Source: Planctomycetota bacterium (lineage in GTDB: Bacteria; Planctomycetota; GCA-002687715; DRQF01). Taken from it: 44,478 nucleotides of DNA. Shown one piece after another: positions 10,401-18,215 of this stretch; the stretch's first letter is position 1, and every line of letters starts with the position of its first letter. The position numbers and the translations under genes are program-made. The stretch covers positions 1-44,478 of the forward strand of contig JAZGFI010000299.1 in assembly GCA_036479435.1 (NCBI GenBank), given 5' to 3'. The notes beneath the pieces were generated by a model. It saw nothing but the letters and a program-made list of their open reading frames with translations, was not told where the DNA came from and did not search any database.

Positions 10401-10766
10401 CGTGACTACCTCGCCGCGGCACGGCTATGGCAAAGAGCCTTCGAGTCCGGCGAGGTCGTCTTCGAAACCAAGCCACAGGCGCTCGTCCGCGCGGCGATAT
10501 CTGCACTGGTAGCGACCGAGGGCTTGAGCGTTGTGTTCTATCACTGGAAAGAGGGCGCACAGGCGTCCTGGCAACAACAGGCCGACCGCTGGCTTTTGCA
10601 ACACCTCGCTTCACTGAAAGCGGCGCACAAGCGCGGCGACCTCAGCGCCGAGCAGTTGCAAAATCAAGGCAAGGCCTGGTTGCTTTCGAAACACATCCAG
10701 GGGCGTCTTGACGCGAACGCTAGCCTGAAAGCGCTCCACTCCGAAATTTTAACCTCGAAGCCCTAA
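7416..10766 (+). CDS. Hanks-type Ser/Thr protein kinase with a TM helix and C-terminal TPR repeats
   Basis: IGRGGMG, VAIK, HRDLKPSN, DWGLAK, GTPAYMAPEQ, SDVYALG; hydrophobic helix LALGLALVVLAIIVTAATYFI; multiple TPR-like repeats; likely GTG start at 7416. Confidence 0.95.
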   Translation: MSDQEPSTGNTGDAWEFRLDAALAHGFGALDRETIDAGSISDRKLGRLGSSPWIDLGNEIDTADLRPLAAGVRELLESTGRYEVYGEIGRGGMGLVVSARDLKLGREVAIKLLDQGVGKSARRVHQFVEEGQIASQLQHPGIVPIYDIGLVGDERPYFSMKRLSGRSFEVYLQEAAEDETAATKKLLILEKAAEAMAYAHARGVIHRDLKPSNLMVGDFGEVVVVDWGLAKVLKNGDEGIGDEGEFKKVATLRELSEGLTSMAGSVAGTPAYMAPEQARGEVQSIDARSDVYALGAMLFRILAGRLPIEGDSGDEIRQLAARGELLEAERVLQKLEGEFDRELVQLARASLSAEPSDRPRDAAAFRRRLQHWRESLEERAENEHLARVKAEAKAVEERRARRLALGLALVVLAIIVTAATYFINRERTQSTQRLKIAQLSDAAGNFAEAARKEGPGDPADNWVLASERAERALALANAAELPTAEIEKWTTLASIYRLELEARRGEVAQKRRDQKMVGELSDIWRQRAFNPIYVKFEQDYARIFRDHGIDFQKLTRDDIREFVSQSAIRIELIEGFHAWALTRRLVKRFGDQAWRDMLQFALDVDDDRVRSDALREVLVGDQPVSTLLTPRIAKSLGATIFDLLAIHVSKKEGVDEAITVYEEALRWHPDDVFMHLGLAGQLERTKPRQMKRALRQLEIAAALMPNNAQLLTYWARLNRSLGNQAAAGSLVRKALALNQETWRLWLEKGYVELANNDLEASEKSFREASQLGYAQFEPHFGLGALFQKRGLHEKAVAAFLRAAKLSLKPQLSLFFAALSEERRGRKDEAEVLLSRIVENDPKNVRALSRLGRLLASRGRPKEAEVLIDRTLEVEPQNPSANYYKGTGYLQKRRYRKAEPFLRRAARASSSSAEIQLNYGLCLQGLRRYEEAIDFLHQGLDLTAPQSQLQKTAQGWLATAESNLATEEKMAASLAGRFFPADHNEWIQLAEHAYRTRDYLAAARLWQRAFESGEVVFETKPQALVRAAISALVATEGLSVVFYHWKEGAQASWQQQADRWLLQHLASLKAAHKRGDLSAEQLQNQGKAWLLSKHIQGRLDANASLKALHSEILTSKP

Positions 10767-10928
10767 GTAGCATTCATTCTTGACCCGACGGTGTGCCACG
10801 CCGGCTCCAAAGGCCTTCCGCGCCGCCTAAGAGAAAGTGGCGCCAAAAGCCCAGCAAATTACTGGGCCAGCCGCGCCGATTTCCGCTAAAACACAACATC
10901 AAAGTCAACCCAAGGAGAGGGCCGAAAC

Positions 10929-11486
10929 ATGCGAGCCATTGCCAGCTGGATCATCGTCATTCTGTGTACCGGATTCTTCACTGCCTGCTCAAGCTCAGGT
11001 TCAAAAAGCAGCGGCGCCTTGGCCGCCGAAAAACGCCTCCTCGGCACCGAAGTCCAAGACAGCATCGCGCTCGCCAAAAGTCGTGACCGGGGCATCCATC
11101 GTTTCTTCGACGTCTCCGCCGGCTACGCCGTATTTCCCACCATCAGCAAAGGCGGCCTCATCATCGGCGGAGCCCACGGTGAAGGTCAGCTCTTCGAAAA
11201 AGGAAAACTCATCGGCGCCACCGAGTTATCCCAGGGCACCTTCGGCCTCCAAGCCGGCGGCCAAACCTACAGCGAGTTCATCTTTTTCAAAGACGTCATC
11301 GCCCTCAACAAGTTCAAAAGAGGTGAGTTCGAATTCAGCGGCCAAGCTTCTGCCGTGGCCGTCGACGCCGGTGCCTCTGCCGACATCGACTACGAAAGCG
11401 GCGTCCTCGTGTTCACCATGGCCAAATCCGGCCTGATGCTCGAAGCCTCCATCGGCGGCCAACAGTTTGACTATTGGGCTTACTAG
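10929..11486 (+). CDS. SYLF/Ysc84 lipid-binding domain lipoprotein
   Basis: Lipobox FTAC; GYAVFPTISKGGLIIGGAHGEG, GLQAGGQ, GLMLEASIGGQQF; RBS aggagagg. Confidence 0.88.
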   Translation: MRAIASWIIVILCTGFFTACSSSGSKSSGALAAEKRLLGTEVQDSIALAKSRDRGIHRFFDVSAGYAVFPTISKGGLIIGGAHGEGQLFEKGKLIGATELSQGTFGLQAGGQTYSEFIFFKDVIALNKFKRGEFEFSGQASAVAVDAGASADIDYESGVLVFTMAKSGLMLEASIGGQQFDYWAY

Positions 11487-11494
11487 CCCGGTAC

Positions 11495-12361
11495 CTAGGA
11501 GCGATGCGCAAGGTCCGGAGCGTTGGCGAGTTGGAGTAGTTTGTCTTCGACGGCGTCGATGAGGTCGTCGGGGGTTGAGGTGCCGGCGGTGAGGCCGATG
11601 CGCGTGACGTTCGTGAGCCAGGAGTTTTGGATATCGGCGGGGCCGGAGACGCGTTCGGCGGGGCAGCCGGCGCGGCGGGCTTTTAGGACGAGTTGTTTGG
11701 AGTTGTTGGAGTTGGCGCCGCCGACGACGATGAGGAAATCGACTTTTTCGGTGAGCGCGCTGAGGGCGGTTTGGCGCGCTTGAGTGGGGGCGCAGATAGT
11801 GGGGGTGACCTTGATGTCGGCGGCGGGGTTTTTGGTTCTGAGGGCTTGGATGATTTCTTGAAGATCTTCCGACCTGGCGGTGGTTTGGCTTAGGACGCCG
11901 ATGCGCTTGGCGGCGAGGGTCTCGACTTCCGAAGCTTTGGCGTAGACCCGGAAGTCTTTGAGGTCGCCGGTTAGTCCGTCGACTTCGATGTGTCCCTTGC
12001 GGCCTACGACCACGACAAGGCGGCCGTCGTTGCGGAAATCTAAGGCCGCTTGGTGTGCGCGGGTGACAAGCGGGCAGGTGGTGTCGTGGAGGCGCTTGCC
12101 CAGGTTTTTCAGGCGTCGCCTTTCGCGTTCGCTGATGCCGTGAGCGGTGATGAGTAACTCCGGACGATCGCCGGGTTGGACACGTTTTGATTCGCTGGTG
12201 ATCTCGAACCCGCGGTCGCGAAGGCGGGTGAGGACGGTTTCGTTGTGAACCAGTTCACCGTGGATCGTCACGGATTCGGGATTCGCCATGGTCATGGCGT
12301 CTTTGAGGGCATCGCGAACGCCGAAGCAAAAGCCCATCTCTTCGGCTCGCAAGATGATCAC
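11495..12361 (-). CDS. ispH: 4-hydroxy-3-methylbut-2-enyl diphosphate reductase
   Basis: GFCFGV, LVHN, TAHG, DTTCPLV, HIEV, SQTT, TICAPT, SNNS, GLTAGTSTP; all three Fe-S cysteines are present. Confidence 0.96.
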   Translation of the reverse strand: MIILRAEEMGFCFGVRDALKDAMTMANPESVTIHGELVHNETVLTRLRDRGFEITSESKRVQPGDRPELLITAHGISERERRRLKNLGKRLHDTTCPLVTRAHQAALDFRNDGRLVVVVGRKGHIEVDGLTGDLKDFRVYAKASEVETLAAKRIGVLSQTTARSEDLQEIIQALRTKNPAADIKVTPTICAPTQARQTALSALTEKVDFLIVVGGANSNNSKQLVLKARRAGCPAERVSGPADIQNSWLTNVTRIGLTAGTSTPDDLIDAVEDKLLQLANAPDLAHRS

Positions 12362-12732
12362 GCGGGCGCTACTCCCGATTCGCCGAGCTCATCGTGGTGA
12401 TCCGTTTGGCGGGCATCGCGGAGGACTCGTTCGAGCTCTTCAAGGTAGGCGACGAAAGCGCGGCGGCCGGGTCTTGAGAGGCGCACGCGCGTTTTGGCCT
12501 TGGGCCCAGCATCTTTGCGATCAATGAGAACTAATCCCGCTTCGGAAAGAACCTTCAGGTGGCGATTCAAGTTGCCATCCGTGAGGCCGCAAAGGGCCCG
12601 AAGTTCAGGGAAGAGTCGCGGTGAGGAACTGGTCGAGAGGGCGGTGAGGATACTGAGTCGGGCTTTTTCGTGCAGGACGCGGTCGAGTCCGTTGTAGGAG
12701 AACTTCGCGCCTTTTGTTTCATCTGGTGCCAT
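12358..12732 (-). CDS. Winged helix-turn-helix transcriptional regulator (HTH_34/MarR-like)
   Basis: LDRVLHEKARLSIL...LTDGNLNRHLKVL...GRRAFVAYLEELE; 4-nt overlap with the ispH start. Confidence 0.88.
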   Translation of the reverse strand: MAPDETKGAKFSYNGLDRVLHEKARLSILTALSTSSSPRLFPELRALCGLTDGNLNRHLKVLSEAGLVLIDRKDAGPKAKTRVRLSRPGRRAFVAYLEELERVLRDARQTDHHDELGESGVAPA

Positions 12733-13354
12733 GTCCGGCCTCCTCATCGTGGTTTTCGAGTCGCAAAAAGAACGCCAGGACAATGTTGCCCACGCCAAAG
12801 ACGAGACCCATGAACCATGGCGAGGGTGTCGCTCCTTCGGGGATAACCTGGAGGAAGCTCGCACCAGCTCCCATGAAGGCGACGGCGATGGCGATCGTGG
12901 CGCGGGGCAAAAACGAGCGCGAGGCTAAAAGGGCCAAACCGAAGTTGATGGACCATAGTCCCGGCAAAAGCCCGGCGTGGCTTCCCTGAAAAAGGGCGGC
13001 CGTCATCAGCGCCCCCGCTCCTAAAGCCGGAAGGAACTGAGCCACGGCGGCCCGCGTCTCGCGACGCAGTCCCTCGCGTTGGGAATGAAGGACGTAGTGC
13101 AGGATGTCGCCGGCACAAAGGGTGAAGGCCGCCGTCGCGATGCCGAGCCAAAAGACCAGGTAGTCGGCGATTCCCTGGGCGGGGCAGGCAAAGTGCTGGA
13201 CCGAAGCGGCCCCGAGGGCCAAAAAACCCGTCAGGGCGACAGTCTTAGCGCGATAGCCGCGAAAAACTGAGCCGCGGGCGAGTTGGCGATGAATATCGTT
13301 GAGCCGGTCGAGAGCGTGGTCGATCTCGGCGGGATCCCGGTGGCGTGTTCTCAT
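12719..13354 (-). CDS. Hypothetical integral membrane protein (about 6 TM), translationally coupled to the wHTH regulator
   Basis: Multiple hydrophobic helices after an N-terminal amphipathic segment (ALDRLNDIHRQL); overlaps the regulator start. Confidence 0.75.
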   Translation of the reverse strand: MRTRHRDPAEIDHALDRLNDIHRQLARGSVFRGYRAKTVALTGFLALGAASVQHFACPAQGIADYLVFWLGIATAAFTLCAGDILHYVLHSQREGLRRETRAAVAQFLPALGAGALMTAALFQGSHAGLLPGLWSINFGLALLASRSFLPRATIAIAVAFMGAGASFLQVIPEGATPSPWFMGLVFGVGNIVLAFFLRLENHDEEAGHGTR

Positions 13355-13362
13355 GGAATAGA

Positions 13363-13377
13363 CTTTGCCTTGCAAAG
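13363..13377. promoter_or_regulatory. Palindromic operator candidate CTTTGC-N3-GCAAAG
   Basis: Perfect 6-3-6 inverted repeat 8 nt upstream of the first ATG of the membrane protein-wHTH-ispH operon. Confidence 0.6.
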
Positions 13378-13538
13378 CCTACGAGGTCAAGAGAATTTGT
13401 GGTTCAAAGTCTCAGGGGGTTCAAACGGGCTTTGAGCTGAAAGACCAAGGTACCTGGGCCAGAGTTGATGCCTTGGCTCTTTGGCCATCAAAGCCAAGAA
13501 GGTTTAGACTTAAACTCCTTTAAAATCGGAGGTTTTTG

Positions 13539-14624
13539 GTGTCTGAAAATCACGCGATCCCCGTCCTTGATGCCCGGGACCTCGAGTCTCCGAGCGGGGA
13601 TTTACTCCGCGAACTCGCTCGGGGGTTTGGAGAGTTTGGCCTCGTTTACATCTCCCATCACGGTATCGACCAAGACGAGTTGGATGCGCTTTATAGGGGC
13701 TTTCGCTCTTTTCTGCGTCGTCCTCGGGTGGAGAAAGAGGCCTTTGGCCGCGACGATATTTGGTTTCAGCGGGGATGGACTCCACCTAACACCGAAAAAG
13801 CGGTCATTGCCGAAGGCCGGCCGGATTTCAAAGAGTGTTGGTTTGCAATTGTCGAAAAGCCCGATTCTCGTCTGCAGCTCGAATACCCCGAGCTGTTCGC
13901 CGATAACCTGTGGCCCGAAGACGGCGACGATTTTCGCGAGCCTTACCTTAGCGTGGGCAAGTCTCTTCAAGATCTTGGTCTGAGGTTCTTGGCGGCGGCG
14001 GCGCAAGCTCTTGATCTTCCCATCGACACCTTCGCGAAGATCGTTAAGGGCGGGGCCCACGTCACCCGCGCCCTCGAATATCAGCCCTTAGACGACGAGG
14101 CTATTGCCTCCGAGATTCTTTGGGGCGAAGAGCACACAGATTTCAACCTCATCACTCTTTTGCCCGGAGGCCGTTTCTACAATCCGGCAGACGAACTCTC
14201 GCCTCGACCGGAAGATGGATCGGGCTTGCATCTAAGGACTCGGTCCAATGAGGAACATCCTCAGGGGAGAATGGTACCGGGAACTCCGCCTGCGGGATGT
14301 TTGGTTTTGCAGGTCGGGCAGGAGCTGGAGATCTTGACCGGCGGTTTGTTTCAGGCCACGCCGCACGTTGTCACCGCGCCCAAGGCTGCGGGATGGTCTC
14401 GTGTTTCGGTGGCGCACTTTGTTCACGTCCATCCGCACCACGTGCTGTTTCCACTGGAAGAATTCTGCAATGAAAACACCGTGCAGCGCTACCGGCCTCC
14501 GGTTTTGGCGGGTACCTACGCGATGAAGACGATGGTGGATATTGGCTTGGCGCCACCGGAAACTCTATCGGCCTTTGGCTACCGTCATTACGACCGATTG
14601 GCGAGTGTTAGGTCCCAAAGCTAG
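13539..14624 (+). CDS. 2-oxoglutarate/Fe(II)-dependent oxygenase, isopenicillin N synthase-like family
   Basis: IPVLD N-terminal motif, HTD...H facial triad (EHTDF, TPHVV) and RxS (RVS); GGAGG RBS before GTG at 13539. Confidence 0.9.
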   Translation: MSENHAIPVLDARDLESPSGDLLRELARGFGEFGLVYISHHGIDQDELDALYRGFRSFLRRPRVEKEAFGRDDIWFQRGWTPPNTEKAVIAEGRPDFKECWFAIVEKPDSRLQLEYPELFADNLWPEDGDDFREPYLSVGKSLQDLGLRFLAAAAQALDLPIDTFAKIVKGGAHVTRALEYQPLDDEAIASEILWGEEHTDFNLITLLPGGRFYNPADELSPRPEDGSGLHLRTRSNEEHPQGRMVPGTPPAGCLVLQVGQELEILTGGLFQATPHVVTAPKAAGWSRVSVAHFVHVHPHHVLFPLEEFCNENTVQRYRPPVLAGTYAMKTMVDIGLAPPETLSAFGYRHYDRLASVRSQS

Positions 14625-15585
14625 CCAAGATGGCGACGTAGGCGGCGAGAAGCGTTAGCCATACGAACAGAGCGCGTTTGAGCATTTTCGCCGAGAGTCT
14701 TAACTCAAAGGGGGTTCTTGGCCGCACGCTTTGAAGCGTGAAGACCGCTACTGCCGCCAAGTTGATGCCAATGACATTCGCAAAAAGGCCAAGCGCCGCG
14801 GTCGCGGCGTCGTCGGCGCGTTCTAAGACCAGCATGTCGGCGAGAACGACCAAAGGCGGTAGGAGGGCCACGGCCACCATGACGCCCACTAGTGAAGCTT
14901 GGACCCCACCGGCAAAGGCCAGCGCACCGGCTGAGCCCGCGGCTAGAGCAAGGGCCACGTCAGCCAAGGATGGGCGTGCGATTCGAGATTGTACCTCGGC
15001 GGATTCGGGATCTAGGGGCCACAGCAAACCAGCTAAGACTGCGACAACGAAGGCCAAAAACAAACCCGCGAAACTTGTGCGTAGGGCTCCGCGCAACAGT
15101 TTTAGGTCGCCTAAAGTGACGCCGAGACCAAGGGCCATTTGGGGTCCGAGCAAAGGTGCGATGACCATGGCGCCGATGATGACCGCAACGTTGTCACGAT
15201 GGAGGCCGATAGCCGCGACCAAAGTCGAGAGCACGACCATCGAGAGGTAGTTCACCGAGATGCGCGACGAATCGGCGAACTCAGCCTTCAGCTCCTCGCG
15301 ACTTATCCTTTTGTGACTGGACTCTGGCGAGGGCGCTTTGTCGGGAATCGCGGGAATAGCGACTTCTACCGGAAGGACGACAAGTTGGTAGCCGTCGCCA
15401 GGAAGACGATTCTGGATTTCGTCGGTCAGGGCCTCGACGTCCGATGCCGATAGCACCGTGGTAAACAAACAGCTGTTGTCTTCGTTTTTATGGAGACGAA
15501 ACGGAAACTCGCTCTCCGTCAAGAGTTCTTGCACCGCCTCAAGCCGGTGGTCATCTACTAAAATCTCGAGTTTGCGTTCGCGCAT
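14608..15585 (-). CDS. TIGR00341/DUF389 family membrane protein
   Basis: RISREEL, AVIIGAMVIAPLLGP, LVGVMVAVALLPPL, NVIGINLA. Confidence 0.9.
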   Translation of the reverse strand: MRERKLEILVDDHRLEAVQELLTESEFPFRLHKNEDNSCLFTTVLSASDVEALTDEIQNRLPGDGYQLVVLPVEVAIPAIPDKAPSPESSHKRISREELKAEFADSSRISVNYLSMVVLSTLVAAIGLHRDNVAVIIGAMVIAPLLGPQMALGLGVTLGDLKLLRGALRTSFAGLFLAFVVAVLAGLLWPLDPESAEVQSRIARPSLADVALALAAGSAGALAFAGGVQASLVGVMVAVALLPPLVVLADMLVLERADDAATAALGLFANVIGINLAAVAVFTLQSVRPRTPFELRLSAKMLKRALFVWLTLLAAYVAILASFGT

Positions 15586-15609
15586 TCAGATGGCGTCCCG
15601 ATCGAACCC

Positions 15610-15647
15610 AAAAAAGCCGGCCCCTCGCAATCTCGCGCGGAGCCGGC
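15610..15647 (-). terminator. Intrinsic terminator of the secreted three-gene operon
   Basis: Minus-strand stem gccggctcc...ggggccggc followed by TTTTTT, about 35 nt after the stop at 15684. Confidence 0.7.
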
Positions 15648-15683
15648 CCAATCATAGCGATGAGCGCGGAGAGTGCTCTCCGG

Positions 15684-17537
15684 TCAATAGGTCTCGGTGA
15701 TAGTGTTGGATATGTAGACCTCGAGCTCGCCGTTGACAAAGCGAAGCGAGTAGGCTTGGTGATTCAGCGTAATTCCCGAACCGTGCAAAAAGCCCAGGCC
15801 CGAATAGACGCGCGTCAGGGCACCCAAAGAAGATGTCACGAGATTGGGTCGAAAAGCGAGGCCCGAATCGGGAAATCCTGACTCACCGTAGAAAGAGGGA
15901 CCGGGGTTTAGCAGTGAGGTGCTGATGATGCCGAAAGGCGTCGTCGTTGCCGCCACTCCCGGATCATCAACCGCCAAAGTTATGGGCACATTGTCCCAGT
16001 CGATATTGACGAAGAGGATCAGGACCCCGCTAACTCCGGTGAAGACTCGACTAAGCCTTCTGACGAAGAGGTCGCTGAAGGTGAGAACCTGGTCGTCGAA
16101 GGTCGCTTCAATGACGACTGATCCAAAGTTGATCGATGCCGCCAAATTAATCGACGCATTGCCATTGGCGTCGGTGAGGGCGATTCCCGTACCGCCGATG
16201 GTGACGGCCGGGCCCGAGATCTGCTGGAATGTTATCGCAACGTTGGCCAGGGGAGTTCCGGAATCCGTCGAGAGATTCACCACGAGCTCGCGATCAAAAT
16301 CCTGTTCGATGTTGGCTCGCGCGCCTTCCCCGGAGACCTTGGTAAGGGTCGAGGAGGGCGGTACGACGAAATGATGAACCGGGGTTACCGTCGGTTTGAA
16401 ACTGATGATCCGACCGTCGATGGGCAAGTCTGTGGGCGGCATGTCGCTCGTGAAGCGAAAATTGTAGATGCTGCCGAAGCGCAGACCGTTGGCGTTTGCG
16501 TCGGTTGCAAAATCGACACTGCTCCATTCGATGTGGTCGCTGGCAATCGTGGTGGTCCAGTCGGTTTCGGCGTAGGGCTCGCCGCTGTGGTACCCGAGAT
16601 CGTGAAACTCAATGTCGCTGATGTTGGCACCGGGCAAAAAGTCGATGCGAAACCCGCCGGCACTTAGGTCTGAATTCAGGTTTTGGACCGCGAACTCGTA
16701 GCGCCACTGGCCCGCCCCGACCGCCGTGCCGCGGTAGCCGACCAAAAAGCGGCCCTCAGTGGGGAACAGGGCGGGTACGACTCGGGCGCTCATGTCTTCG
16801 CTGCGCCAAGCCTGCAAGACGGATTCCTCGCGGTGGATGGACGAACCGGCCGGGAAGGACGCATTGTAGTTGTTGGGGCCGCCGCTAATGGTGATTTCTC
16901 GCCACGACATGTTGTTGGTGCCGTTGCCGGCCGCGGCGTCGTCGGCAGAGATGACCTGGCACTGCACGAAGTATTTCGCGTTCGGATAAACCAAAGAATC
17001 AAACTCAGCGGTTGCAACCTGCAGCCGCTTAAAGGCGGAATCACCGAGAGTGTTGATATCGCTCGGGGGGAAGACGACGTTTCCCGAAAAACCATCGACC
17101 TCGTCGATCAAGCCGGTCCCGTTTTGACTTCCGACCACCGAAGCGCTCATGGCGTCGGAGCAACCGGCGCTCAGCGTAATTCCGCCGGAACCGGTGCAGG
17201 AGCCGCAGGCCGATTGGGCCACAGCGATAAAGGCGTGCCGAGCCGATGAGCGCCCGATCATTTCGAATTGGCCATTGGCGAAGCGATAGAGCGATTGCAC
17301 AAAGGCCGGGTGAGCCGCGCTAGCGCCGTTCCAATCCGCCGCGGCGGTCCCGATGTTGCAGGTGGTGATGGAAAGACTGAAGGCGTCAATACCATTGCTG
17401 GGGTTGTAGTTGGCGATGTTGGGGATGTCGCCGATGATGAGATCCACACCGGTTTGTGCCCAGGCGGGTGATGTCAAAAAGACAAAACCCAGTACGAAGG
17501 CGAGTGCGGTGGATCGATGGAGTTGAGGCATGGTCAT
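15684..17537 (-). CDS. Secreted Cys-containing hypothetical protein with an Ig-like (Big_1-type) domain and a C-terminal beta domain
   Basis: Signal peptide ending AWA-Q; DLIIGDI...TTCNIG...HP...QSLYR, CGSC, GCSD; LTKVSGEG...TDANGNAS is Big_1-like; TAATG overlap with the upstream gene. Confidence 0.7.
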   Translation of the reverse strand: MTMPQLHRSTALAFVLGFVFLTSPAWAQTGVDLIIGDIPNIANYNPSNGIDAFSLSITTCNIGTAAADWNGASAAHPAFVQSLYRFANGQFEMIGRSSARHAFIAVAQSACGSCTGSGGITLSAGCSDAMSASVVGSQNGTGLIDEVDGFSGNVVFPPSDINTLGDSAFKRLQVATAEFDSLVYPNAKYFVQCQVISADDAAAGNGTNNMSWREITISGGPNNYNASFPAGSSIHREESVLQAWRSEDMSARVVPALFPTEGRFLVGYRGTAVGAGQWRYEFAVQNLNSDLSAGGFRIDFLPGANISDIEFHDLGYHSGEPYAETDWTTTIASDHIEWSSVDFATDANANGLRFGSIYNFRFTSDMPPTDLPIDGRIISFKPTVTPVHHFVVPPSSTLTKVSGEGARANIEQDFDRELVVNLSTDSGTPLANVAITFQQISGPAVTIGGTGIALTDANGNASINLAASINFGSVVIEATFDDQVLTFSDLFVRRLSRVFTGVSGVLILFVNIDWDNVPITLAVDDPGVAATTTPFGIISTSLLNPGPSFYGESGFPDSGLAFRPNLVTSSLGALTRVYSGLGFLHGSGITLNHQAYSLRFVNGELEVYISNTITETY

Positions 17538-18202
17538 TAGTTGCCTCCCTTCAGCCAACTGATGCAGTCGGTCTCGCGTGGGGAATAGCGTTCCAAAAGA
17601 TCACCGGCCACCCGGTAGAGCGCGACTTCGTCGGCGAGGTTTACCTGGGCTTTGCGGATCTTCGACAATTGCGCTGCACCTAGGGTGGAAGCACCGGAGC
17701 CTTTAGCTTCTTGAGCCAAAGATGTGGCTTGGTCCTTCGTGATGCGTTCGGGGATCTCGATGGCAGCAAAAAAGACCGGCAGCCCTGCAAGCGCGTTCGG
17801 GTCCGTGATGTCGGTGAAAGGCAAGATGGCGATAGCATGGCCCGACACACCGCCGTCGTTGAGGATTTGCAGCGTCTCGGCCCCGTATTGAAGCACGGGA
17901 TACGCCATTTGGCGCTTTTTTAGCCACGCCGGGTCGGCCTTTAGCACCAACAGCACCCCAGTGCTGAAAGTGGGGCGTTCCTTGCGCCAGTAGTGAGTCA
18001 TCTCTTGACCCAGCTTGAAGGGGACGACTTCGAGAACTTCAACCGCTTCGTAACTCGAAGTGTTGCCGACCGCGGCCTGTGAGCTCGAAGATGAGGCAGA
18101 GCCAACCGCGTTGTCGGATTGACTGCTCAAATGAAACGCTCCCCAGCCGATCAAGATGATCGCCAAGGCAAGTAGGAGCGCAATGTTCATGATTCTGGTC
18201 AT
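17537..18202 (-). CDS. Hypothetical N-terminally anchored or exported protein
   Basis: 221-aa ORF with an N-terminal hydrophobic helix and Ser-rich linker; RBS aaggaa; sits between two secreted-protein genes. Confidence 0.75.
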   Translation of the reverse strand: MTRIMNIALLLALAIILIGWGAFHLSSQSDNAVGSASSSSSQAAVGNTSSYEAVEVLEVVPFKLGQEMTHYWRKERPTFSTGVLLVLKADPAWLKKRQMAYPVLQYGAETLQILNDGGVSGHAIAILPFTDITDPNALAGLPVFFAAIEIPERITKDQATSLAQEAKGSGASTLGAAQLSKIRKAQVNLADEVALYRVAGDLLERYSPRETDCISWLKGGN

Positions 18203-18215
18203 GTCTTTGTTTTCC

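Noticed and set aside
10837..11436. 199-aa Ser/Pro-rich ORF
   Set aside because: It is an alternate frame of the well-supported SYLF gene, explained by C-rich codon usage.
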